A DNA stretch of 64,000 bases from positions 56,360-120,359 of the forward strand of contig JBGSRK010000009.1 in assembly GCA_041737595.1 (NCBI GenBank). Reading direction: 5' to 3'. Positions within the stretch are counted from its first letter, which is position 1; each line of letters starts with the position of its first letter. This document shows, one piece after another, positions 1 to 9,589 of this stretch. The notes under the pieces were generated by a model, which made no database searches, was not told the origin of the DNA, and worked only from the letters and a program-made list of their open reading frames with translations. The stretch comes from Patescibacteria group bacterium (GTDB lineage Bacteria > Patescibacteriota > CPR2 > UBA1875). Made by a program: the position numbers and the translations under genes.

Positions 1-441
1 AGTACTCGTAAAATCAAATTTTGGGCGACTAGTTAAATCAAGAGATTTAATTTTATCAAGCTTATCCTGAGGGATTTGCTCCAACATTTTAGGAGGCATT
101 TTCTGGATTAAATCAGCTACAGTTGTTCCAGCGGGAAGTTTCGTCCCAGCTGGAATTTTTTCAATAACCTGATCATATGCTTTAATATTTATATAATCAT
201 CAACTATTTGGTTTGTGACATTCCCTAAAATCTTTGGGCTAACTATTGCAAATATTGTGCTCGCAATCGCAAAAATAAATACAAACATTATCTTAACCCA
301 GTAAGGCTTAAGATAAACTGCAAGGCTTTTTAGCGTACCCATAAAATCTTTTGCTTTTTCTTGTGCATTACCACCTAACATCGGAGGACCAAAATGTCTG
401 CCTGGACGCGCTTGTGAAGTAGTTATTTTTTTTTCTTCCAT
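1..441 (-). CDS. ABC transporter permease/ATP-binding subunit, N-terminal part (runs off the window)
   Basis: Manual translation from ATG at 441: MEEKKITTSQARPGRHFGPPMLGG...LKPYWVKIMFVFIFAIASTIFAIVSPKILG; coupled to the upstream ABC half-transporter. Confidence 0.85.
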   Translation of the reverse strand, partial: MEEKKITTSQARPGRHFGPPMLGGNAQEKAKDFMGTLKSLAVYLKPYWVKIMFVFIFAIASTIFAIVSPKILGNVTNQIVDDYINIKAYDQVIEKIPAGTKLPAGTTVADLIQKMPPKMLEQIPQDKLDKIKSLDLTSRPKFDFTST

Positions 442-2216
442 TATTTAACTCCCTCACTAATAACTTTAGTTGGATCTATTTCAATAGATTTCAATTCTTC
501 ATCAGAGAGTTGTGAATAAGCAATTTCTTTATAAACTTTATTATTTTTAAGAAGTTCTTTATGTTTACCTTGACCGACAATTTTACCTTCATCTAAAACA
601 ATTATTTTATCTGCATTTGAAATTGTACTAATTCTTTGGCCAACAATAAGAACCGTTTTATTTTTAATTTCCTCTGAAAGAGCTTCTCTTAGTAGGGAAT
701 CAGTTTTAAAATCAAGCGCTGAAAATGAATCATCAAATATATATATCTTTGGATCAACTGTAAGTGCTCTTGCAATTGATAACCTTTGCTTTTGTCCTCC
801 TGAAACATTTGAACCACCTTGTGAAATTTTATTATCGTATTTATTTCCTAAGTTATTCACAAAATCACTTGCTTGTGCAATTTCTACAGATTTTTCTATT
901 TTTGAATCTTTAGCATTTTTATTCCCATATTTAATATTACTTTTAATGGTTCCCGAAAAAAGTACACCCTTTTGTGGAACATAACCAATTTGTTTATATA
1001 AATCTTCTAGATTCATATCTCGAATATCCACACCATCAATTAATATCTGGCCAGATGAAACATCATAAAATCTTGGGATTAGATTTATAAGAGTTGATTT
1101 TCCGCTACCAGTACTACCTATAAATGCAGTTGTTTGGCCTATCTCAGCAGTAAAATTAATCCCCATAATAACTGGTAAATCCGCGCCAGGATAACTAAAT
1201 GTAACATCTTTAAATTCGATTCGTCCCTTACTTTTTTTATCTATCTTAATAGGTTTTTTAGGATTTTTTATTGTCGATTCTGTTTCAATTACTTCTGATA
1301 TTCTGTTTGCAGAAACTGAGGCACGTGGGATCATAATAAACACAATTGATATCATTAAAAATGACATAATCACTTGTATTGCATATTGCATGAAAGCAAG
1401 CATATTACCTATTTCTAAATTACCGGCATCAATTAAATGAGCTCCAAACCAAACAATAGCAACTATTGCAAGATTCATAATAAGCATCATGGCTGGCTGT
1501 AAAATAACCATTAATCTATTAACAAATAAATTTAAATTTGTTAGATCTACATTTGCTTTTTCAAATTTTTCTTCTTCTTTAGCTTCATTATTAAATGCAC
1601 GAACCACTCTTAGCCCAGTCAAATTTTCTCGAGTTACTAAGTTTAATCTATCAACCATTTTTTGAAGAAGCTTAAATTTAGGGATACCAATTGAAAAAAG
1701 AACAATAATCATTACCATTAATGATGTTGCGGCAACAGCAATAATCCAGCTCATTGATGGGGCCATATTAATAGCTTTTTGTAGTGCGCCTACAGCCATA
1801 AATGGTGCCATTAATACCATCCTAAATATCATGATCATAGCCATTTGAATCTGTTGAACATCATTTGTAGAGCGTGTTATTAAAGATGCAGTTGAAAATT
1901 TATTAAATTCATTTATAGAAAAACCCTCTACTTTTGTAAAAACCTTTTTTCTGATATCACGAGAAGCACCTGTTGCAATCTTTGAGGCAAGATAACCTAC
2001 AATGACAGCACAAATACCTCCACCTAAAGTCACAAGTAGCATTAACCCACCATTTTGATAAATTGCATTTATATCTTTTAAGAGGATGCCTTTATTAATA
2101 ATATTTGCGATATAGTCCGGAAGTTTAAGATTTGCCATTACTTGGAGGTAAGTAAAAAAAACTAAAACTACCATTAGCCATGTGTAGGGTTTAAAGAATT
2201 TTAGTAATTTTTTCAT
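441..2216 (-). CDS. ABC exporter half-transporter (TMD+NBD), heterodimeric multidrug type
   Basis: N-terminal TM domain, Walker A GSTGSGKS, signature VSGGQKQR, Walker B IYIFDD. Confidence 0.95.
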   Translation of the reverse strand: MKKLLKFFKPYTWLMVVLVFFTYLQVMANLKLPDYIANIINKGILLKDINAIYQNGGLMLLVTLGGGICAVIVGYLASKIATGASRDIRKKVFTKVEGFSINEFNKFSTASLITRSTNDVQQIQMAMIMIFRMVLMAPFMAVGALQKAINMAPSMSWIIAVAATSLMVMIIVLFSIGIPKFKLLQKMVDRLNLVTRENLTGLRVVRAFNNEAKEEEKFEKANVDLTNLNLFVNRLMVILQPAMMLIMNLAIVAIVWFGAHLIDAGNLEIGNMLAFMQYAIQVIMSFLMISIVFIMIPRASVSANRISEVIETESTIKNPKKPIKIDKKSKGRIEFKDVTFSYPGADLPVIMGINFTAEIGQTTAFIGSTGSGKSTLINLIPRFYDVSSGQILIDGVDIRDMNLEDLYKQIGYVPQKGVLFSGTIKSNIKYGNKNAKDSKIEKSVEIAQASDFVNNLGNKYDNKISQGGSNVSGGQKQRLSIARALTVDPKIYIFDDSFSALDFKTDSLLREALSEEIKNKTVLIVGQRISTISNADKIIVLDEGKIVGQGKHKELLKNNKVYKEIAYSQLSDEELKSIEIDPTKVISEGVK

Positions 2217-2656
2217 CTATTATTTTCTTTAATTTTCTTAAGTAGTTTTGTTGTAATAATATTAAGCTGTTTAATTTCAGTTTCCGATAAAATTTCAAAA
2301 AAAGTAAAAATTTTATCAAAAGCTTTTTTTCTCGTGTTTTCTAAATATTTAACACCTTTATTTGAAGGTTTTATTCTAAAAATCCTTCTGTCAATATCAT
2401 CAACTTCTCTTATAACAAACTTATTTTTGATTAAACCATCAATTAACTGTGTTGCGGCACTTTTTGTAACCCCAAGCATATTAGCAATTTCAGTAACATT
2501 CATTTCTTTTTTATTTTTCAGCATAAATAAAACCATTGCCTGAGTAACAGTCATGCCGAAATTATTATTCATACACTGTTTTTCAAAAGCAATCATTCTT
2601 TTTATAGCATGAAAGTTTTTAAATATTTTTTCGATTTGTATATTTCTTTTATTCAA
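2213..2656 (-). CDS. MarR family transcriptional regulator
   Basis: wHTH pattern EIANMLGVTKSAATQLIDGL...DDIDRR; first gene of the ABC operon. Confidence 0.9.
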   Translation of the reverse strand: MNKRNIQIEKIFKNFHAIKRMIAFEKQCMNNNFGMTVTQAMVLFMLKNKKEMNVTEIANMLGVTKSAATQLIDGLIKNKFVIREVDDIDRRIFRIKPSNKGVKYLENTRKKAFDKIFTFFEILSETEIKQLNIITTKLLKKIKENNR

Positions 2657-2667
2657 ATTCTACCTTA

Positions 2668-2711
2668 GTTAAGTACCTAAATAGTTTAGTATCTTAACCT
2701 TTATTTGTCAA
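2668..2711 (-). promoter_or_regulatory. sigma70 promoter with overlapping inverted repeat (probable MarR operator)
   Basis: Minus-strand TTGACA(2711-2706)-17 nt-TAAACT(2688-2683); imperfect palindrome GTTAAGTACCTAAATAGTTTAGTATCTTAAC at 2668-2698 covers the -10. Confidence 0.7.
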
Positions 2712-2748
2712 TAATAAATTTTAGGTTAGTTTTAACCTTTACCTAAAT

Positions 2749-3561
2749 TTATTTAGATAAAAGTGATTTCATCTGTTTTGCTATAAGATTTGTTGCAAAA
2801 ACAGGGTTCAGGCGATAAAGCATATTCATAAATTTCGAATCTTTACCGGTAAATATTTGAAATTTATTTTTTTCTATACCATCTAAAATTATTTTTGCTG
2901 CCTCACTGGCAGGGAGCATTGGAATATTTTGTTCTTTTGAATTTGTTTTTGGTGTTTCTGGCATTCCAACCCCTGAATTTTTTGAAATATTAGTTTCAGT
3001 TGCACCCGGGAAAACGACTGAAACTCGAACATTTGTATCTTTTAGCTCTGCATATAACCCTTCAGTCAAAAGTTTTACGGCAGCTTTTGATGCTCCATAG
3101 ACACTCTGCCCAGGAACTGGGAGGAAGCCACCCATACTAGAAATATTAACTATATGAGCCTCTGGTCTTTTTAATAGTTTTGGCAAAAATGCTTTTACCA
3201 TATATAGTGTGCCATAAAAATTAACATTCATTACTCTTTCAATCGCTTCAAAATCAAGATCGTTAACTTTTAAAAATGGCTGAATAATCCCTGCACAGTT
3301 AACTATTCCATCTATACTACCTTGTTTTTTTATAACATCTTCTGGTAAATCAAAAACGGCCTTTTTATCTGAAATGTTTATAACATGAATTGAAATATCT
3401 TTAGCCTTTTCGCCTGCTAATTTTTTTAATTCTATTAAAGATTCTTCTCGAAGATCAACCGCAGCTACTTTTGCTCCTTTTGATATCAAAGCTAATGTTA
3501 TCTCTCTTCCGATACCACTTCCAGCACCTGTTACAAGAATTGTTTTATTTTGTATATTCAT
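2749..3561 (-). CDS. short-chain dehydrogenase/reductase
   Basis: TGAGSGIG, NCAG, YGASK motifs. Confidence 0.92.
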   Translation of the reverse strand: MNIQNKTILVTGAGSGIGREITLALISKGAKVAAVDLREESLIELKKLAGEKAKDISIHVINISDKKAVFDLPEDVIKKQGSIDGIVNCAGIIQPFLKVNDLDFEAIERVMNVNFYGTLYMVKAFLPKLLKRPEAHIVNISSMGGFLPVPGQSVYGASKAAVKLLTEGLYAELKDTNVRVSVVFPGATETNISKNSGVGMPETPKTNSKEQNIPMLPASEAAKIILDGIEKNKFQIFTGKDSKFMNMLYRLNPVFATNLIAKQMKSLLSK

Positions 3562-3664
3562 AAGATTAGTTTATCATTTTACTCAATTAATATAAATAAG
3601 CTAAACATAGACAGTTAATTTATTATCCTCTATTTAAAAATAGTAATAAAATCACAAAATATAC

Positions 3665-4705
3665 TTAATATTCTAAATAAATCTTTTTTTGAGAAGTAAG
3701 AACGCGAGCTTTTTTACCAAGTGGGAGTGAAATTTGAGGGTCTGTGTGACCAAAATCAAGATTTTGAACAATCGGTATACTTTTATTATATTCTCTTACT
3801 ACTCTTATTATTGTTTCTCTTTGTTCTTTTCGATAATTAGCTTTTTCGACCGTGCTAAGTTTTTTCCCAAAATCCCACGCCTTAGGACGACCAATTAAAA
3901 TTGCCTTAAATTTTTCTAAAAATCCCCGTTCTCCAAAACCGGTAAGAAGATACTCTATAACCCAATGTTCTGGGATGTCTTCTGCAGTTTCAAGAACAAG
4001 AATAGTTCCATCTAAATCATTATCATTTGGTAAATATTTGTTTGTTGTAGTTTGGACAATAAGACTCTCGACACATCCGCCCCACAAAATACCTTCTGCG
4101 TTTAAGTTCCCGTCCCAATAAAGACCATCATTTTTTTCAATTTCCCTAGTCTTTAAAAGATTTCCCCTATCTGACCAGTCAAGCCCAATATCGTTATAAT
4201 TATCAGAAACCGTAAGCTCATATTCACCAACATCAAAAAGTGCATGCTTTAAGAAATTGATAGTTTCACGGTCCATTTCTCCTTGCATCGCGAACTGAGT
4301 CATAATTGCACCACCATAATAGGTAGGGATGCCAAGATTCCATAAATAATTATGAAGATGAGTGTTATCGCTAAAACCAAAAAATGGTTTTTTATTTGCT
4401 ATTAATATTTTTGGATCAAGATATTTTAATAATTTAATTTGGTCATTACCTCCAATTGATGTAAAAACTGCTTTATTATTTGGGTCAGAAAAAGCATCCA
4501 TAATATCACGCGCCCTATCTTTTAAAGAAGACCCCATTAATCTAGTGGTTGGATATTCTTTCGGCACAAGACCAAAAACATCTCTTAATCTTTCTAGCCC
4601 AAGGTCAAAAACCCATGGGAAAATTCCAGGTAGTCCAGCAGACGGAGATATAACAGCAACTTGGTCACCCTTTTTTAGTTTTGGTAATGTAATAAATCTT
4701 TTCAT
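3665..4705 (-). CDS. S66 peptidase (LD-carboxypeptidase/MccF family)
   Basis: LKKGDQVAVISPS, GFSD nucleophile motif, LETAE, DFGHTDP. Confidence 0.9.
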   Translation of the reverse strand: MKRFITLPKLKKGDQVAVISPSAGLPGIFPWVFDLGLERLRDVFGLVPKEYPTTRLMGSSLKDRARDIMDAFSDPNNKAVFTSIGGNDQIKLLKYLDPKILIANKKPFFGFSDNTHLHNYLWNLGIPTYYGGAIMTQFAMQGEMDRETINFLKHALFDVGEYELTVSDNYNDIGLDWSDRGNLLKTREIEKNDGLYWDGNLNAEGILWGGCVESLIVQTTTNKYLPNDNDLDGTILVLETAEDIPEHWVIEYLLTGFGERGFLEKFKAILIGRPKAWDFGKKLSTVEKANYRKEQRETIIRVVREYNKSIPIVQNLDFGHTDPQISLPLGKKARVLTSQKKIYLEY

Positions 4706-4730
4706 ATTAAAATTTTATCATAAAAGATAA

Positions 4731-4907
4731 TTAATCTTCATCTTCATTCTCAATATCTTCTTCAAAGTTATTTCCATCCTCTTCGGGCAAATAATCTGGA
4801 TCTAAACTTTTGTTTTTTTTAGAAATTTTTTCTGCTTCTTCTGCATCTTTTAGCCTGCTTCTAAATTCGCCATAACTATCAACCCCTGGTAAAAATTCCC
4901 GGCTCAT
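4731..4907 (-). CDS. small acidic hypothetical protein (58 aa)
   Basis: ATG at 4907 preceded by GGAGG; Asp/Glu-rich C-terminus. Confidence 0.55.
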   Translation of the reverse strand: MSREFLPGVDSYGEFRSRLKDAEEAEKISKKNKSLDPDYLPEEDGNNFEEDIENEDED

Positions 4908-4920
4908 AATAAATGCCTCC

Positions 4921-5658
4921 TTATTTAACTTTATGGTTTTTAGAATTATGTTGGTCAAGTTTTTCGTAGAGAGGAACAATCTTAAGTGCAAGAATAAACG
5001 CAAATATCAATGCAAACCCACACATAATTGATGCGACACCAATTCTTGAATTCACTATAAATAAATAAACAAGAGTTAAGGGAACGATAAATGAAAGATA
5101 TCCAACAATGAACCAAAATAGAATCTTTCTTAAAATTTTATTTGTACCATCTTCCTTTAAGCGTTGGAATGATTCCCACATTGCAAAAAGTAAAAATCCA
5201 AAATAATAAAAGCCGTAAAATTTAAATAAAGTTTCCGGTCCATTAAATATTACATAATTTCCTCCGCAAGCCGCACCATCAATTGCTTTTGGAACAAAAA
5301 TAAAATAAAGGCCAAATCCTATAGAAAGAATATACCCTAAATATAAAAGCCAGGTTTTTTTATTTATTAAAGAAATAAGATATAAACCTAATATTGGTAA
5401 TATAGTGATAGAAAAAAGGCCTACCTTTGACCATAAAAGAGGGTTAGAGCCCGAACAAATTTGAAATTCAGAAATTTGGAAAAAGGCTAAAAAAATTAAG
5501 GTATAAATCGCCCCACGGCCGAATTTAGTAGATCTGGCTTTTAAAAAAGTCCATGCTGCAAGAATTATTTCTGCCGAAAAAGTAAAAAACATTACTTCTG
5601 GGGTAAAACAATATAGTTTCAAATAATTATTTTTTTTGTTTTTAATATTTCTTAACAT
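4921..5658 (-). CDS. multi-pass (about 7 TM) membrane protein
   Basis: Repeated hydrophobic segments; start codon uncertain. Confidence 0.7.
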   Translation of the reverse strand: MLRNIKNKKNNYLKLYCFTPEVMFFTFSAEIILAAWTFLKARSTKFGRGAIYTLIFLAFFQISEFQICSGSNPLLWSKVGLFSITILPILGLYLISLINKKTWLLYLGYILSIGFGLYFIFVPKAIDGAACGGNYVIFNGPETLFKFYGFYYFGFLLFAMWESFQRLKEDGTNKILRKILFWFIVGYLSFIVPLTLVYLFIVNSRIGVASIMCGFALIFAFILALKIVPLYEKLDQHNSKNHKVK

Positions 5659-5664
5659 TTATAA

Positions 5665-7062
5665 TTATTTATTTTTGTCTTTTGTTAATTTCACACCAGC
5701 TTCCTTTAAAAGAACATCGGGTAGTGAGGTTGGTGCTCCCGTCATAGGGTCTTTAGCATCTCCTGTTTTAGGGAATGCAATTACTTCTCGTATATTTGGC
5801 TCTTCCAAAAGAATTGAAAGTATTCTATCAATACCTAGAGCGATCCCGCCATGTGGGGGTGGAGAAAATTTAAATGCTTTAAGCAAGTGCCCGAATCGTT
5901 CTGACATTTCATTTTTAGGGACTCCCAAAACTTCGAATATCTTTTTTTGTAATTCTTCCTCATGGATTCTAATGCTTCCGCCGCCAATTTCAAATCCGTT
6001 TAAAACAAGGTCATAAGCTGATGCCCTAACCTTAGCTGGTTCTTTTTCTAAAAGTTTCATATCACTATCTTTGGGTCTAGTAAATGGGTGATGAGATGAA
6101 GTTAAACCATTTGAATTTTCTGTTTTTTCGAAAAGTGGAAAATCGACGACCCATGCAAATGCTAGTTCATTTTGGTCCTTTTTGTTCTTTCTAAGATCGG
6201 GCTTATCAGTTTTGTATTTTTTTATCGATTCTGAATAGTCAATCCTTGGAAATGGTTTTCCCGTAATTTTCTTTTCAGGGAAAAGCTTTGTTACAAGTTC
6301 AATAATCATCTGCTCTGTTAAAGATAAAACATCTTCTTCTTCAACAAATGACATTTCAATATCAAGTTGTGTAAATTCAGGTTGACGGTCACCCCTTTGA
6401 TCTTCATCTCTAAAACAACGCGCTATCTGGAAATACTTTTCAAAACCAGCCACCATTAAAAGTTGTTTATATTGTTGAGGGGATTGGGGTAAAACAAAGA
6501 ATGAACCTTTACTTAAACGAGAAGGAACAATAAATTCTCTGGCCCCCTCCGGTGTCCCCTTGGTTAAAATAGGTGTCTCTATTTCTAAAAAAGATTTTTC
6601 AGAAAGATAATTTCTTAAAAAAAGATTAAATTCATGACGTGTCTTAATATTTCGAGCCATTCTAGGTGTTCTAAGATCTAAATAACGATATTTAAATCGA
6701 GTTTCTTCATTCACATTACTTGTTGATTTATTAATTTCAAAAGGCGGGACCTCACAACTAGAAACTAGAGAGATGGATTCTGAAGCTAATTCTAAGTTGC
6801 CATTTTTTAGTTCTGGATTCACAAGTTTATCTGGTCTTTTTTTAACTTTACCTGTAATTGAAACTAAAAATTCTTCTCTGAAACTTTTTACCTGCTCTAA
6901 AAGATCTTTATTAAAAATAACAACCTGCACTACCCCAGATGTGTCGCGAACATCCCAAAAAACAACTTTGCCGTGATCCCGAGAATTTTCAATCCATCCA
7001 GTGATAGTCACTTCTTGATCTATTTTATCTGAAATTTTTTCAATCATTTCTCTCTTAGCCAT
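5665..7062 (-). CDS. aspS: aspartate--tRNA ligase, short form lacking the GAD insertion
   Basis: OB fold RDHG, YRYLDLR, LPQSPQ, FRDED..RQPEFTQLD, GGGSIR, PPHGGIALGIDR. Confidence 0.96.
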   Translation of the reverse strand: MAKREMIEKISDKIDQEVTITGWIENSRDHGKVVFWDVRDTSGVVQVVIFNKDLLEQVKSFREEFLVSITGKVKKRPDKLVNPELKNGNLELASESISLVSSCEVPPFEINKSTSNVNEETRFKYRYLDLRTPRMARNIKTRHEFNLFLRNYLSEKSFLEIETPILTKGTPEGAREFIVPSRLSKGSFFVLPQSPQQYKQLLMVAGFEKYFQIARCFRDEDQRGDRQPEFTQLDIEMSFVEEEDVLSLTEQMIIELVTKLFPEKKITGKPFPRIDYSESIKKYKTDKPDLRKNKKDQNELAFAWVVDFPLFEKTENSNGLTSSHHPFTRPKDSDMKLLEKEPAKVRASAYDLVLNGFEIGGGSIRIHEEELQKKIFEVLGVPKNEMSERFGHLLKAFKFSPPPHGGIALGIDRILSILLEEPNIREVIAFPKTGDAKDPMTGAPTSLPDVLLKEAGVKLTKDKNK

Positions 7063-7166
7063 TTTTTACCTAACTTTTTTATTTATTATTAAAATAACGT
7101 AATTTAACCCTCATTATAATACTAAAAGCTTGGGCTTCCAAGTGTTACTAACTTTTTAAATAGATT

Positions 7167-8075
7167 TTATTTTAGGTTTTTTGGTTTTAAATTATAATCA
7201 TTACGAATGTCTCGTTGCTTACCATCTATCTCTACTGTTGCCATTACAGGATCTTCAATTCCAATAGCGTATGCGAGTTTAACGAGTACTTCTTGAGCTT
7301 TTTCTTTCTTAAGTATTTCAAGAGCTATTTCCCTAGCTTTTTTGGCACCTGATCTATCTACCTTTGTGTAATCTTTACCAGAAAAAGCGCCGCCGCCAAC
7401 AGGTATTTCTGGACCATAGGCGTCAACAACTATTTTTCTTCCCGTTAAACCTGTATCAGCTTCAAATCCACCAACCGTAAATTCACCAGTTGGGTTAATA
7501 AGAATGTTTTTTGGTTTATATCTTTTTGCTAAATCATATAAAGGGGTTAAATCTTGGCCTTTTTTATGTTGTGCTGAGATAACAATGGTTTCTACTTCAT
7601 TTTTTTTATTAATTGTAACTTGGCTCTTTGCGTCTGGACCGAAATTTTTAGGTAGTTCTTCTATAATTTTTTTAGCTAGATAATATTCTTGAGGTAAATA
7701 TTCTTCATTATCAGAACAAGCGTAACCAATCATGATACCTTGGTCACCAGCACCTCCAGAATCTACCCCTAGCGCGATATTTGGACTTTGTTTAACTATA
7801 TTTACTGTAATATCTAATTTATCTTTATATCCAATCGATTCATATTTATCTTGAGCTATTTTCTTTACATCTACATCATGTTTAGATGTTATCTCACCCA
7901 TAATATATAATTTGCCGTGTCCACCCATGCACTCTACAGCAACTCGGCTATCTTTGTCTTTTTCTAAATACGCGTCCAGAATTGCATCAGATATTGCATC
8001 ACACATTTTATCTGGATGCCCAGCTGAAACATATTCAGCAGTTCTAATCCCTTTAGTAGTTACAAAATTCTTCAT
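7167..8075 (-). CDS. metK: S-adenosylmethionine synthetase (short, 302 aa)
   Basis: GHPDKMCD, GAGDQG, GLTGRKI, GGGAFSGKD..KVDRSG; ATG at 8075 after AAAGGAG. Confidence 0.93.
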   Translation of the reverse strand: MKNFVTTKGIRTAEYVSAGHPDKMCDAISDAILDAYLEKDKDSRVAVECMGGHGKLYIMGEITSKHDVDVKKIAQDKYESIGYKDKLDITVNIVKQSPNIALGVDSGGAGDQGIMIGYACSDNEEYLPQEYYLAKKIIEELPKNFGPDAKSQVTINKKNEVETIVISAQHKKGQDLTPLYDLAKRYKPKNILINPTGEFTVGGFEADTGLTGRKIVVDAYGPEIPVGGGAFSGKDYTKVDRSGAKKAREIALEILKKEKAQEVLVKLAYAIGIEDPVMATVEIDGKQRDIRNDYNLKPKNLK

Positions 8076-8092
8076 TTTTTCTCCTTTTAAAC

Positions 8093-8233
8093 AAAAAAAT
8101 CTTTCCGTATGGAAAGACTTCTTAACTTTAGTTAATACTCGTATCTTCCCACTTTCGTGGCTGGATTTAGCACCGTTGTTATCCGGTTGTTGGTAGATCA
8201 CTGGGCCAGGTCCCTAACTACACTCTCAATATA
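8093..8233 (-). promoter_or_regulatory. SAM-I (S-box) riboswitch with intrinsic terminator
   Basis: Minus strand ATTGAGAG..GGGACCTGGCCCAGTGA..CAACC..GGTGCTAAATCC..GAAGAT matches SAM-I consensus blocks; followed by hairpin TCTTTCC-ATAC-GGAAAGA and a T run upstream of metK. Confidence 0.88.
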
Positions 8234-8282
8234 TTCCTTTGTATTAATATTATATCATATTAATTTTATAAACCCCCTATAA

Positions 8283-9053
8283 TTATTTCCTATTTGGCAA
8301 AGGAATAAGAGGGCTCGTTTTCTTCTTGTATTCTTGCCAATGTGGCTTATTTTCAAAATGTTTTTCGGTGAGTGGAATACCAGAAACAAAAATAATAAGA
8401 TAAGTGATAGTGATTGGGGTTATAATTGCCCAATAATTATTGGTGTTTAAAAAAACAAATATAAAAATACCCCACCACATCGTAACTTCACCAAAATAAT
8501 TTGGATGTCTAGAATATTTCCAAAGACCTCTGTCCATAATTTTGCCTTTATTATCAATCTCCGCAATAAAACCTTTTAACTGTGTATCGGCGATTGTTTC
8601 AAATATGAACCCAAATAGCCAAATAGCTACACCAATAAGAGAAAGTGAATTCCAGTTTTTATCACTTATAATTAAAAACATTGAGCTCATGCCCAATAAA
8701 TACATTAGGAACCCCTGAAGTAAAAATACATATATATATGCTTTTAATTTTGGAAATTTTTTCCAATTGGCACGCATTTCTAAATAACGGACATCTTCGG
8801 AAGAACTCTTGGCATGTCTCTTGTGAATATGATTAGACAGCCTATACCCCCAAATAAAAGTTAAGATCAATAAAATAATTGAGCCTAAAAAATAGTTTTT
8901 AGTTAAAAAAATAGCTGTTAGCACTATAAATGGTTGTGCCAACCCCCAAGCTTCATCGGCAACATCAAGACGCCCTATTTTTTGTCCATATATATACCAC
9001 AAACTAGTATATATCAGTACAGCGAATGCAATAATTATAAAATATGAAAACAT
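8283..9053 (-). CDS. DUF1295 / steroid 5-alpha-reductase-like membrane protein
   Basis: EDVRY, ETIADTQL, GLWKYSRHPNYFGE motifs. Confidence 0.88.
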   Translation of the reverse strand: MFSYFIIIAFAVLIYTSLWYIYGQKIGRLDVADEAWGLAQPFIVLTAIFLTKNYFLGSIILLILTFIWGYRLSNHIHKRHAKSSSEDVRYLEMRANWKKFPKLKAYIYVFLLQGFLMYLLGMSSMFLIISDKNWNSLSLIGVAIWLFGFIFETIADTQLKGFIAEIDNKGKIMDRGLWKYSRHPNYFGEVTMWWGIFIFVFLNTNNYWAIITPITITYLIIFVSGIPLTEKHFENKPHWQEYKKKTSPLIPLPNRK

Positions 9054-9057
9054 ATTA

Positions 9058-9459
9058 TTAGAATAACTTTTTACTAATAAAGTAAGAAATTGTTGCCACA
9101 ACCCCTGTAAGTACACTACCCCAAACCATATCAACAAGGGTAATTGAGAGTGGCCAATTTTTCATGACTGCATAGTTTGTCAGATCGTAGGTTGCATAAG
9201 CAAAAAAACCGAATAGCGCACCATAAAGAAGAACATGTTGCCAACCTTTATCTATGTTTGGTAAAACTGCAAATATTAAAATCCCAACTATATAAATAAG
9301 ATAAAAAATTATTGCAGCTAACCAGTTTGGTTGAGGGCTAAGACCTGGTATTGTTTTGAAATAGAAATCCTTTGCAATAACTCCTATCCAGAGCATGTCG
9401 ATAGCAAAAAATATTGGAACCGTAGCTATATATAGCATTACTTCTTTGATATTTACCAC
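9058..9459 (-). CDS. DUF2177 family membrane protein
   Basis: IDMLWIG, YATYDLTNYA..NWP...DMVWG. Confidence 0.85.
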   Translation of the reverse strand: MVNIKEVMLYIATVPIFFAIDMLWIGVIAKDFYFKTIPGLSPQPNWLAAIIFYLIYIVGILIFAVLPNIDKGWQHVLLYGALFGFFAYATYDLTNYAVMKNWPLSITLVDMVWGSVLTGVVATISYFISKKLF

Positions 9460-9510
9460 CTTTCTTTACTATATTTTAACATATTATATATATTAGATTG
9501 GAGAATTTGT

Positions 9511-9569
9511 GTCATTTATATAAATAGACCGATAAAATCGGCCTATTTCGTATGCGTTCCATTTGGCGA
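9511..9569 (-). repeat. tRNA-Asp trailer/terminator repeat, copy A (distal island boundary)
   Basis: GTCATT..hairpin..TATGCGTTCCATTTGGCGA; last 19 nt match 25292-25310 at 18/19. Confidence 0.8.
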
Positions 9570-9589
9570 AGCGAGTAACGAAGATAATA

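Noticed and set aside
8076-8201. 42-aa N-terminal extension of MetK; likewise the 41873 start for valS and the 26444 start for comEC
   Set aside because: The extensions run through riboswitch or T-box leaders or overlap a divergent gene; downstream ATGs fit better
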